Below the pieces are notes generated by a model. The model made no database searches, was not told the origin of the DNA, and saw only the letters and a list, made by a program, of their open reading frames with translations. Made by a program: the position numbers and the translations under genes. This document shows, piece after piece, positions 1 through 10,167 of a stretch of DNA of 33,897 bases. This stretch comes from Octopus bimaculoides (taxonomy: Eukaryota), in the NCBI RefSeq assembly GCF_001194135.2, contig NC_068989.1:24543538-24577434 (forward strand), given 5' to 3'. Each line of letters begins with the position of its first letter. The stretch's first letter is position 1.

Positions 1-432
1 ATGAGATAGAAGTTGTTTCCTGTTTGTTTACAGTCTTTATTGCACCTGAACATCTGCCACAAACAAAAACTAACTTGCTAGTTAACCTGCCTTTGATGTT
101 GCTGCACCTCTTATGTGTCCATAGCTTGCACCGGGTACATCTTATAGAGTTACTACCTACTCCTTTTCTACATACTGAGCAGGGCCATCTACCTGTAGGG
201 GTTTGTGTTTTATCTACCTTCCTACGTATTAGGATTTTGGTTTTAGCTAGGTTGACTCTAAGGCCCTTCAATTCTAGACCTTGCTTCCACACCTGAAACT
301 TCTCCTCTAGTTCTGATAGTGACTCCGCAATTAGGGCAAGGTCATCAGCATAGAGGAGCTCCCAGGGGCAACCTGTCTTGAACTCCTCTGTGATTGCCTG
401 GAGGACTATGATAAATAAGGGTAGACTAACAT
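1..432 (-). mobile_element. RTE-clade LINE reverse-transcriptase fragment
   Basis: Minus-strand translation FIIVLQAITEEFKTGCPWELLYADDLALIAESLSELEEKFQVWKQGLELKGLRVNLAKTK (YADD motif), followed by Cys-rich CSVC..C..C..W.H..C; runs off the window edge. Confidence 0.9.
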
Positions 433-685
433 CGCAAAACTGTGACATGAGGAGATATTGATAAATCGGGTATAGCTGATCATGTATGGAAAAATGGAGA
501 CCACCTCCACCTGTGGGATGAAGTTAAAATAATAGACAGGGAACACCACTGGAAAATATGCTTGGACACAACAGCCTTCTAAGCAGACCGAGTGCCGATA
601 TGAGCAGCATATGGGAACTGGTATTAGGGAAGGATAGAAAAATATTAGATTTATAAGCCCTAAAATTCATTCCACAATTGCCCAT

Positions 686-756
686 GGGCATTTGGCGTAG
701 TGGTTAAGAGCGCAGGCTACTAACTCCAAGATTCTAAATTCAATTCCAGGCAATGA

Positions 757-758
<2 letters not shown>
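686..758 (+). promoter_or_regulatory. tRNA-derived Pol III-type internal promoter (degenerate)
   Basis: A-box TGGCGTAGTGG at 693-703, anticodon-like loop CTACTAA, decayed B-box AAATTCAATTCC at ~737-748. Confidence 0.6.
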
Positions 759-792
<34 letters not shown>

Positions 793-856
793 CAACAATA
801 ACAACAACATTGAAAAATACCGTAGGAATGAGAATCCAGGTTTGAAATTTCCCCAA

Positions 857-899
857 GACATCTGATGAAGGCTGGAGGGTATATCAGCCGAAACGTGTT
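857..899 (+). ncRNA. Type I hammerhead ribozyme motif, degenerate (cleavage triplet missing)
   Basis: GACAT-CTGATGA-A-GGCTG(loop)CAGCC-GAAAC-GTGTT; stem II GGCTG/CAGCC and stem I GACAT/GTGTT pair, but no GTH triplet remains between them. Confidence 0.65.
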
Positions 900-929
900 A
901 ACAAATGTGAATAATGTAAATAAAAGGAG

Positions 930-1485
930 GCTATGAGTTGCAAAAGGTTAAGGACTATTACATTAGAATATAATGTACACCTACATAACCATAAAAGATG
1001 GTCAATGCTGCAATACTCTATCAGAATCAACCTGGAAAAAGGAGTAACTGACGGATAAATAACAAAAAAAGAAACAAAAAAAAAAACAAGATGCAAGAAG
1101 ACATGGGATGAAGTATTGAAGGATGACTTCAAAACGCTGAACCTTATGAAGGAGATGAGAGAAGACTGAGATATGTGGTGCGTTGTTGTACTTGAGAAGA
1201 CTTGCCCACCACAACAGAAGTGAGATTCTAAAACCAAAGTGCCACATAAAAGGCACTGGTGTGGGTGCTAGTGCCATGTAAAAAACACTGGTGATGGTGC
1301 CATGTAAAAAACAACCAGTACACTCTGTGGTGTGGTTGGCATTAAGAAGGGCATCCAGCCATAGAAACCTTGCAAAAAATACAATGGTGCAGCCCCTGGC
1401 CTTGCTAGTTCCCGTCAAACTGTTCAACCTATGCCAGCATGGAAAATGGACGTTGAACGTTGACGTTGATGATGATGATAATGAT
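930..1485 (+). mobile_element. RTE LINE 3' end with 3' UTR ending in (GAT)n
   Basis: KKTWDEVLKDDFKTLNL-type C-terminus at ~1095-1150, then the recurrent UTR motif ggcattaagaagggcatccagc...catggaaaatggacgtt..gatgatgat. Confidence 0.75.
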
Positions 1486-1553
1486 AAAGTAAGAACAGTC
1501 TCAAAAATAAACAAGATAAAATAACAACAACAATGACAATAACAATGACCTAC

Positions 1554-1739
1554 TGATCAGTCAAATTATATCCTTCGTCTGGCAGAGATACCAAAGACAT
1601 GAGATAGTTGTCAAATCGTAAATTGACAGCTCGGTTGGTCACTTTAAACACACTGAGAACATCTATCCCACAGATATCAAGTTGTTGGAAATCCCATTTA
1701 CAGAAATTATCCAGGATCATATCACAACAGCAGTCATAC
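1554..1739 (-). CDS. LRRC9: LRRC9-like internal exon (186 nt, phase 2-2)
   Basis: ttgttgcag|G TAT GAC ... GAT CA|gtaggt; encodes (W)YDCCCDMILDNFCKWDFQQLDICGIDVLSVFKVTNRAVNLRFDNYLMSLVSLPDEGYNLTD; resembles the vertebrate LRRC9 segment WF..C.ELILSRFCAWDF...GI.GVKV..I.KVNNR.LR.KF (from recall). Confidence 0.85.
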
Positions 1740-2020
1740 CTGCAACAAAAGAAATACCACAGTTTTTAACATTTTTTTTTTGGAGTTTTTTGTAAAATAA
1801 TTTCTTTGTTTCTTTTATATAACATTGAACAATTTTCTTCAGGGGACATTGCCTTAAAGGGTGTAGCCAAACAGATCAACCCCAGTAGTTATATTTTGAA
1901 GCCTGGGACTTATTCTATCAGTCACTTTTTGCCGAACCACTAAGTTATGGGGGTGTAAACAAATCAACAGCAGTTGTCAAGTGAGGTGGAGGACGGATAG
2001 AAACATAAGATACACATGCA

Positions 2021-2052
<32 letters not shown>

Positions 2053-2054
2053 CG

Positions 2055-2355
2055 AGATCGTTGCCAGTGCCACTGGACTGGCTCCTGTGCAGGTGGCACG
2101 TAAAATACCCTATTTCGAGCATGGCCGTTGCCAGTACTGCCTGACTGGCCTTCGTGTGGGTGACACATAAAAACACCCACTACACTCTCGAAGTGGTTGG
2201 CATTAGGAAGGGCATCCAGCTGTAGAAACACTGCCAAATCAGATTGGAGCCTGGTGTAGCCACCTGGTTTACCAGTCCTCAGTCAAATCATCCAACCCAT
2301 GCTAGCATGGAAAGCGGACGTTAAACGATAATGATGATGATGATGATGATGATGT
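2055..2355 (+). mobile_element. RTE-type 3' UTR / RTE-dependent short repeat
   Basis: Same UTR motif as 1245-1485, ending in (GAT)n. Confidence 0.75.
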
Positions 2356-2568
2356 ATTTATGTATATATATATGGATCGAAACAGTTGCATATGGATCAA
2401 AACAGTTCCAACTCAGTACTCTGAGTTTCAAGCATGTCGCTAGTCTTCGGCCATTGAATCTGAGTATATATATGAGTTAACTTATTGAACACAGTTCAAC
2501 AAATTCATTCATATTTATTTAATGGAGATTAGATGTTGAAATGGATTATAGTTTTTATTTTTCACGTT

Positions 2569-2650
2569 GCTATACAATTTGTTTCATACAAAAAGACTCA
2601 GATATTCATAATAGAAAATCATAATAGTCATATTTGTACTCATCAGTAGC
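2569..2650 (-). ncRNA. Type I hammerhead ribozyme motif with extended stem II
   Basis: Minus strand GCTA-CTGATGA-GTACAAA...TTTGTAT-GAAA-C-AAATT-G-TA-TAGC: complete core, 7-bp stem II, GUA triplet, 4-bp stem I. Confidence 0.7.
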
Positions 2651-2899
2651 TGGTATAAAAGCTTAAAAAGACATTAGAAATACATCAATTTTCTCTTAGT
2701 TATCATATTGGATTAATATATTCGTTCTTGCAGTCATGAATCAAGACTAAAAAATATATAAGTGGGTGCTAATATATATGTAATATTAGAATCTGACATT
2801 TTCTCTATGAATTCCTATGTGTGTCTATTTAAAACTCCTTCAATGAAAATTTAGAAACAGATGCTGTACGAGTAATAAGGTTTAAATAAAGTTGACATA

Positions 2900-2909
2900 N
2901 NNNNNNNNN
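2900..2909. other. Assembly gap (10 N)
   Basis: Run of N. Confidence 1.
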
Positions 2910-3320
2910 TAGCATGGGTTGGACGATTTGACTGAGGACTGGTGAACCAGATGGCTACACCAGGCTCCAATCTGATTTGGCAGAGTTTCTACAGCTGGAT
3001 GCCCTTCATAATGCCAACCACTCCAAGAGTGGAGTGGGTGCTTTTACGTGCCACCGGCACGAAGGCCAGTCAGGTGGTACTGGCAATAGCCACGCTCAAA
3101 ATGGTGTATTTTACGTGCCACCTGCACAGGAGCCAGTCCAGTGGCACTGGCAATGACCTCACTTGAATGTTTTTTCAAGTGCCAGTAAGGCAACGCTGGT
3201 AACAATCACACTCAAATGGTGCTATTTACGTGCCACTGGCACGGAAGCCAGACAGCTGCTCTGGCAATGATCATGCTTGGACAGTGCTCCTAGCACTCCA
3301 CTGGTACAGGTGCCATCACG
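2910..3320 (-). mobile_element. RTE-type 3' UTR repeat, inverted relative to 2055-2355
   Basis: Reverse complement of the same UTR family (gactgaggactgg...caggctccaatctgatttggcag..tttctacagctggatgccctt). Confidence 0.75.
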
Positions 3321-3462
3321 ATTTCGATTATAAACTTATAAACTTAAATAATCCAATATAGAGCTAATTAGTATATAAAAAAGGTTTTTTTGATAGTGTA
3401 TAAGCAAAAAAGTTGTGTATATTATTGTTGAGTAAGTTTTCATAGAAAGGAAAATAAAAGCG

Positions 3463-3854
3463 AGCTGTAGAAGTTTGTTGTAGTGTAGGAGAGACAATAG
3501 TGTGAAGGGGCTGATAGAAAGAAAGAATGAAAGAATAAGAGGGTCGTACAAAAGTTATATATATATGTATGTGTGTGTGTGTGTGTGAAGGCACACGGCT
3601 CAGTAGTTAGAGCGTTGAGCTTACGATCGTGAGGTTGTGAGTTCAAATCCCAGACCGGGCTGCGTGTTGTGTTCTTGAGCAAGATACTTTATTTAACGTT
3701 GCTCCAGTTCACTCAGGTGTAGAAATGAGTTGCGACGTCACTGGTACCAAGCTGTATCGGCCTTTGCCTTTCCCTTGGATAACACTGGTAGTGTGGAAAA
3801 TATCCTAGTATATTAACTATTGTCTCTCCTACACTACAACAAACTTCTACAGCT
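3463..3854. repeat. Perfect 39-bp inverted repeat (3463-3501 / 3816-3854)
   Basis: agctgtagaagtttgttgtagtgtaggagagacaatagt and its exact reverse complement. Confidence 0.95.
3587..3800 (+). mobile_element. tRNA-derived SINE
   Basis: Head ggctcagtagttagagcg...gagttcaaatccc (A/B boxes), then core ttgagcaagatactt. Confidence 0.75.
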
Positions 3855-3860
3855 TCTGTG

Positions 3861-4195
3861 AGGCCCAGCATTCAAAAGGAACTCAGCCACTTTGCCTCCA
3901 TCAGGCCCAATGCTCAAAAGATACTCAGCCACTTTACCTCCATGAGGCCCAATGTTCAAAGGTTTTTTTTTTTTACATGCCACCAGCATGGATGAACTTG
4001 GCTTGATGGTTCCTCTTAAGCAGAGCACATCGACAAAGCTCTCAGTCACCAGTCATTGCCTCTGTGAGGTTCAAAGTTTGAAGATCATGCTTCACTGCCT
4101 CATCCCATGTCTTCCTGGGTCTACCTCTACCATAGGTCCCCTCCACAGTTAGAGATCCGCATTTCTTTACACAACTGTCCTTGTCCATGCGCAAA
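3861..4195 (-). mobile_element. RTE LINE 3' end with 42-bp tandem repeat (~2.4 copies, 3861-3962)
   Basis: Minus translation RMDKDSCVKKCGSLTVEGTYGRGRPRKTWDEAVKHDLQTLNLTEAM; unit aggcccaatgctcaaaagatactcagccactttacctccatg. Confidence 0.8.
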
Positions 4196-4364
4196 AACAT
4201 TTGTTTATAAAATGCATATACACATATAACTGACAGATTTAAATATAGAGAGGTCCAAATCTTCTCAGCACCAAATTTAGCCTCTCATAGCTTGTGTAAT
4301 GAAATATCTCACATAAAACCTGTAGCAGTAATAAACCATTACTCTAGTTTCTCCAAAGACTTAC

Positions 4365-4496
4365 CAAGAATCAGTTAATGTAGGTTCTTCAAATTTCACA
4401 TTACCACATGTGATCAGTTCAGTATCAACCATGTACAGACCAAAATTGTATGATTTCTCCATAAAAAACATTGCTTCTTTGAATTTGAGTATTACC
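4365..4496 (-). CDS. LRRC9: LRRC9-like internal exon (132 nt, phase 2-2)
   Basis: ctgttatag|G GTA ATA ... TCT TG|gtaagt; encodes (R)VILKFKEAMFFMEKSYNFGLYMVDTELITCGNVKFEEPTLTDS(W); the EL.T.GN..FEE....D.W pattern matches LRRC9 as recalled. Confidence 0.85.
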
Positions 4497-4592
4497 CTAT
4501 AACAGAAGATGGATGTGAAAATAGTGATGTAACATGGCTCAAAGAAAAATGGGTGTGTTGAAATAATTTACAAAGGAGTTGTCAATGTATAT

Positions 4593-4790
4593 GTGAAGGC
4601 ACAATAGCCAAGTAGTTAGGGGTGTTTGATTCATGATCATGATCATATGGTCATGGGTTCGATTCCTGGACTGGTCAGCACGTCTTTTTGAGCAAGACAC
4701 TTCATTTTACGTTACTCTAGTCTCCTCAGCTGTAATGAGTACCAGCCAAATGTTGGTGCAACATTCTCTTGCTTTCACATCTCACATCTT
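4593..4790 (+). mobile_element. tRNA-derived SINE (decayed)
   Basis: B-box gggttcgattcc at ~4655, core ttgagcaagacactt, tail aatgagtaccag. Confidence 0.65.
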
Positions 4791-4934
4791 GGATGTTTTG
4801 CTGAGTGAAAAATAGGTGGGAGGCAAGATATTGTCCATCAGCTTAGAACAACATAAGCATCTATGACAGTACAAGTCACCAAGCCGTACTTGTTTATGAG
4901 TGAAAGTTTGGTGGCACTGCACATTTTTCATTTT

Positions 4935-5690
4935 CATACTTACCACCTCGGCAGTAACATTAGTTGTAATGGAGATTTGGAGAAAGAAGTTAACATCAGG
5001 AATGGTAAAGCTAACAGTACCTTTACTAACCCTTTAGCATTCAGATCATTCTCTCAAATGTAACGCTTATTTATTCACATTGTTTTGAATTAATCATACA
5101 TTTTCTTATAGCTTTGAGATTTCAATGATGTGATTATTTATTTTTAGAATGGCATTGTAGGGTAAGTGTAAGAGACCAAATCTGGTCAATTTGAACATAA
5201 AACAGGTAGAATATTTTTGGCCGGATATGGTTTAAATGTTAAATTAAGAAGAACCTTGAAAACGCACAACATTAGTATGAAGATAAAAATCCAGCTGCTG
5301 TAAAACATTGTCTTCTCTAACCTCTATGACTATGAAACATGGTCTCTGACTGAGGCACTACAGAAGAAATCGAACATCTTCCAGCATAGGTGCTTGCAGG
5401 AGATACACTGCATTTCGTACAGAGACTGTGTCACCGACTTGGAAGTACTAAGAAGACCAAGGTTTTCATGCATGATAAATCAGTTGGTGGCTGGTAGGAA
5501 GATGGAAGTGGCTTGGGAATGTGATCAAGATAGATTTCTCCTGGTTTCTACATCAATCTTCAGAAGTCTCTGCTGAGCCCCAGGGAGAAAGGGCATCCAA
5601 ACAAGAAAATGGCCGGCAATAGGAAGATCATGCAAGTGATGGCAAGAGCTGAAATGACGTTTGGGACTTGTCACTTGAGAGAGGTGATTG
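4935..5690 (+). mobile_element. RTE-group LINE C-terminal fragment interrupted by a MITE
   Basis: YHLGSNISCNGDLEKEVNIRNGKANSTFT|LRRTLKTHNISMKIKIQLL..YDYETWSLTEALQKKSNIFQHRCLQEI. Confidence 0.75.
5030..5243. mobile_element. piggyBac-type MITE (CCC end, TTAA-like target)
   Basis: Left end taa-CCCTTTAGCATT, right end decayed AATGTTAAA-ttaa; splits the RTE reading frame. Confidence 0.55.
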
Positions 5691-5970
5691 GAAGGCTTTA
5701 ATAACCTAAGGGTTTCACATAGTTTCCCTTTACCTAATTTCACTAATGTGATGATACCAAATTAAGCTATGATAGAAGGTAACATGTTCAATTTACAATG
5801 TACGAGGATTAAAAATCAAGATGTTATCATTGTGAAATAAACCTCTTAACCATTTGGCTATGCTTGTGCACCTACAAACACTGTACGTATATGCACACAG
5901 ACACACACACACACACACACCCTCTGCTGTTCTTTCTCATACACACTATATACACAAATAACACTCATAC

Positions 5971-6062
5971 CTCTGGTATTTTGCTTCACATTTCTCCAGT
6001 GTTACTTGAATGGTTTTCTGCCTGGTATGTTTTTCTACTTCTAGCAGAGGGATGTTCTCTAT
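5971..6062 (-). CDS. LRRC9: LRRC9-like internal exon (92 nt, phase 0-2)
   Basis: ctcatgcag|ATA GAG ... CAG AG|gtatga; encodes IENIPLLEVEKHTRQKTIQVTLEKCEAKYQ(R); supplies the phase change needed between the 8312-8467 and 4365-4496 exons. Confidence 0.75.
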
Positions 6063-6199
6063 CTGCATGAGATTCAGCAACAACAACAACAACAGTAACA
6101 ATGACAGCAGCAACAACAGCCCAATGATGTATGGAGTTGATACCATGTGTGAAAGTAAACAAATATATTTCAGTAACACAGAATTCAACAGATAATATG

Positions 6200-6780
6200 T
6201 ATTTATAAAGTAAATTGTTATGACATAATACTGGACTACAAGACCTGATGGAAGGTATGCTTGAGGAGTCTGGCCCCATGACCCTCCAAGGAATAAGTGA
6301 GTGAAGAAGATGAAATGAATACTGTACTACATGAATAAGAGAAGGAACCTGTGAAAGAGGTAGACCCTGGAAAACATGGGACGAGATGGTGTAATGTGAT
6401 CTTTGGATGTTAAGTTTCATAGAGATGGTGACAAGTTATTGAAACTTTTGGTGAACTACTGTGCTTGAGAAGACATGTTAAGCCAAGCGAATCTGTGGTC
6501 ATGGCCGGTGCTAGTGACATGTAAAAGGCACTCATGCAGGTGACACATAAAAGGCACCCATGCTAGAGACACAGAGAAGGCACCCAAGCCAGTGACACAT
6601 AAAAAACAGCCGATTCACTCTGTGGAGTGGTCGGCATTAGGAAGGGCATCTAGCCACAGAAATCAGGCCAAAACTGACTGGAGCCTGGTGCAGCTCTCTG
6701 GCTTACCATCTCCAGTCAAACCGTCTAACCCATGCCAGCATGAAAAATGGACGTTAAATGATGATGATGTTGTTGTTGGG
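6200..6780 (+). mobile_element. RTE LINE 3' end plus UTR ending in (GAT)n
   Basis: RGRPWKTWDEMV-type C-terminus at ~6355-6390, followed by the recurrent UTR. Confidence 0.7.
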
Positions 6781-6957
6781 ATGTTGTGATGATGTTACTG
6801 TTGTATAGATGATGTAGAGTAGTTGCCCTGGAATTATATTAGCTAATATGTATTTTTTAATGTCTATTTAAGAAGCTAGGATGTGAATTAAGGAACATTT
6901 GGCTGCTATTTCTGGTTGGTTGAGCAGCTGCATACAGGCTCCCTTTATAGGCTTATA

Positions 6958-7174
6958 GAAAGGGGTGCTGAAAAGTTCCTGGCGTTAAGGGTATTGCGAA
7001 AGGCCTGGTTGGAGGCCCAACCTTCCGAGTTCTTTTACAGGACTTAGAAAAACTGAAGGATCTCTGCAATAAGTGTGTGAATCTGAGAGGGGAACATGTT
7101 GAATAAAATCATAATTAACTGATACTCCTGTATTTTCTTTCACCCAAAGCCAAGAACTTTTCAGCAACCCCTTG
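6958..7174. mobile_element. Non-autonomous mariner-type MITE
   Basis: Imperfect TIRs aggggtgctgaaaagttcctggc / gccaagaacttttcagcaacccct, TA at left; a lone right end of the same family is at ~9140-9192. Confidence 0.75.
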
Positions 7175-7959
7175 CAAATGACAATGACGATGACAACAAT
7201 GATGATGATGTTGTTCTAGTTTAGCCCCTGGCCAATCCTTGTTGTGCAGGTCTATGAGCAAAAACATACTAAATATCATTCCTTTTATTCAGAGTTCTAT
7301 GTCAATGACTTCAAAGGGTCAGCCTTGTCACACTGTGTCACGTTGAATATCCCCGAGAACTATGTTAAGAGTACACGTGTCTGTGGAGTGCTCAGCCACT
7401 TGCACGTTAATTTCACGAGCAAGCTGTTCTGTTGATCGGATCAACTGGAACCCTTGACGTCGTAAGCGACAGAGTGCCAACAACAATGTCAACGACTACA
7501 TTATCCAATGTGTTCCCTTTTAAATAAAGTATAATGTGATTTGAAGATTTTGCTGTTATATTTAGCAGGTTTAAAGACTCCATAGTGGCTCCTACATTAG
7601 TGATGGTCATGTAGATGTTTAACACCAGAACAACCCCGGTCATACAGATTGATTCATGACCAAAAGCATTCCAGTCATGAGTCCCATCTTTATTTTTCAG
7701 CAAGCAGAATCCAGGGTCACAATATTGAATATGCCTTCTTTTTTAAGGCATTAAAGAATGCTTTAAGAGAAATTTGACTGCTATTTATACCAAATCAAGC
7801 AAACACATTAAGACTTCTTTGTTTGTTTGCTTGTTATTATTGTTTACATTATGATCAAGAGGGCAAAGTGTACCAAGGACTACATACTAACATTGAGAAG
7901 AAAATTTTCAGCTGTGATGGTAAGAAGAGATTGTTGTAATCCGTCAGAAGAGGTAAGCA

Positions 7960-8262
7960 ATGACGATGAAGAGGGTGATGGTAATAATGATGATGATGAT
8001 GATAATGATGGCGATGGTGAAGACAGTGGTGATGATGATGATGGTGGTGGTGGTCATGGTGGAGGTGGTAACGATAATGATGACAATGTTACTGCTGAAA
8101 CAGATGGCAAAAATTCATGTGTTGAAAAAAGTGATGGTGGTAGTGATGATAAAGATGGTGATGATGGTGATGATGATGATGATGATGATGATGGTGGTGG
8201 TGATGTCGCTAAGAAAGTTGACGATGATGCTAATGATAAGGATGATGACGTTGGTGATGATT
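7960..8262. repeat. Degenerate (GAT/GGT)n trinucleotide tract
   Basis: Visible periodicity; produces low-complexity ORFs on both strands. Confidence 0.9.
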
Positions 8263-8311
8263 AGAGGAAGAGAGGAAATGATGACTGAAGCCAAAACAGA
8301 CACCAGCTTAC

Positions 8312-8467
8312 CATTTGAAGAAGTCTGGCAAGCTGTTCCACATACATATAGTAACCTGTTAGGAGTCTTGTCCTTAAATTCAAAGCAGCATCTAACCAGC
8401 AATGCTTCTTATATTCCAATTCTTTCTTCTTAGAATCATAAAATATGACCTTCTTCTCAATGGTAGC
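8312..8467 (-). CDS. LRRC9: LRRC9-like internal exon (156 nt, phase 0-0)
   Basis: tttgttgcag|GCT ACC ... CAA ATG|gtaagc; encodes ATIEKKVIFYDSKKKELEYKKHCWLDAALNLRTRLLTGYYMYVEQLARLLQM (compare TTAMKKIMYY in vertebrate LRRC9, recalled). Confidence 0.85.
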
Positions 8468-8544
8468 CTGCAACAAATCAAAGCAGTAAACCAGGTATCA
8501 TTGGTCAACCGTAACACACACACACACACATAGCATCATCCTCA

Positions 8545-8760
8545 TCATCATTTAACGTCCATCTTTCAAGCTGGCATGGGTTGGACTTGCTGATAGTATT
8601 CAATAAGCTAGAAGACTATGTTGAACTCTAATTTCTGTTTTGGTATGATTTCTACAGCTAGGTGCCCTTCCTGATACCAATCACTTTACAGAGTTACAGG
8701 GTGCTTTTTTTCATTGCACCAGCACTAGTGAGGTTGTCAAGTATCTTGCAAAACAAAGAA
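8545..8760 (-). mobile_element. RTE-type 3' UTR repeat
   Basis: catcatcatttaacgtccatctttcaagctggcatgggttggac... is the reverse complement of the recurrent UTR. Confidence 0.65.
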
Positions 8761-9204
8761 AAAACCCCCCTCAACTAAGTGGTGTTACAGTAGAGAGGGA
8801 AAAACCTTTATGCCAAATGAGAGGCTAAAGCATGATGGAGGGATGAGTACAGGCGTTTTGCAGGGGGAGATACATGTCTACCCAACATTATATAAGAGTA
8901 GGAGTGGTTGGAAAGAAGATAAAGATGTGATGAGATGTCAGAGCATACTCTTAAGGTACAAGAAGGTGAATGGTCATGTGGTTAAGAAGCTCACTTTGGA
9001 AACATATGATTTAAGGTGCATTTGCACTGTGTGGACATTGTCTGCTAGAAAGATTTACTGATGTAATTTTCCTAGCGAACATTAATTCCGCTGGTGACAT
9101 TCCAGACAGGGTATTGTTCAGAATAATCATAGCTAACTGATCTTCCTGTATTTCCTTTAATTCAAAGCCAGGAGTTTTTCAGCACCCCCTGAAATATTAT
9201 AAGG

Positions 9205-9239
<35 letters not shown>

Positions 9240-9559
9240 CATACATACATATAACCTTATAATTTTTCCCTTCTATCTGATTGTACATTTTATGTTATTT
9301 CTTCATGGTGTATTTTCATAACAATAAAAAATTCTGTAAAACAGTTTACACTATGAACATTACTATTTTGATTATCACTTTTTCAGCTCCTTTGAATATT
9401 TTATACCAAATAATTGTTGAGAGTCAAATAAAATATTACTCCAACTGTTAGCTGCTGTCCATGTACAAGGCTATTTATCTTGATAAGTAGAGTTGCTGCA
9501 AGGAGTGGTGTAGATTCTAATATTTTGATATCTTGTCTTTTGTCATAGAGTTGGGAAGA

Positions 9560-9579
9560 GAGAGGGGATGAGAGAGGGA

Positions 9580-9651
<72 letters not shown>

Positions 9652-9662
9652 TAGAGAGAGAG
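9560..9662. repeat. (AG)n / (AGAT) microsatellite
   Basis: Direct reading. Confidence 0.95.
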
Positions 9663-9780
9663 TTGTGTTGTTGTATTAGCTGCAAGCTAGTAAACACTAC
9701 AAATACACGTTTGCATGTAATAGATGTATGTGACGTTGTGGTGTGTATGCATGTGTGAGAGAACTTATTGTAAGCGTATC

Positions 9781-9971
9781 AGGACAATTACCCCACTAGG
9801 ACAAATTCCCCGCCAATGACAACTACCCTGTAGGATAATTACCCCCCTTGGTTAATTACTCCCTCTCCAATATATTAAAAAGTTTTATATCATCATCTGT
9901 TGTCCTCAGGGGTAGTTGTTCTTGGCAGGTTATTGTGCATGGGGCGGGGGTGGGGGTGGGGTAAATGTCCT
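9781..9971. mobile_element. Small TIR element with repeated subterminal motifs (superfamily unassigned)
   Basis: aggacaattacccc at left vs ggggtaaatgtcct at right; the motif g(g)acaa(t)tacccc is repeated four times on the left, with inverted copies on the right. Confidence 0.6.
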
Positions 9972-10167
9972 AAACTCATTGTAATATGCAATTGTCAAAT
10001 ATATCTGTTTATATCTGTTTGAATGTGAATGTTTGCAAGCGTATATTTGTGTTTCTTTTCCCCAAAATGTCTAGCAGTGAGTCTTTCTCTCATTCTTTCT
10101 CTCTCTTTCATAAATTGCAATTCTTTGGGCATAACCACAACCAACAGTATAAAGATAAATGCCAAAC

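Larger units (their letters stand above)
430..925 (+). mobile_element. Penelope-like element 3' end: GIY-YIG endonuclease C-terminus plus terminal-repeat region
   Basis: Translation HRKTVT*GDIDKSGIADHVWKNGDHLHLWDEVKIIDREHHWKI, then after a deletion MLGHNSLLSRPSADMSSIWELVL; followed by a tRNA-like box, (AAT)n/(AAC)n and a hammerhead core. Confidence 0.75.

Noticed and set aside
4275-4320. Apparent acceptor (ctacag|GTTTTATG) just after the 4365 exon
   Set aside because: The intron would be only ~45 nt, the frame hits TAA after 13 codons, and the 1554-1739 exon is the homologous continuation.
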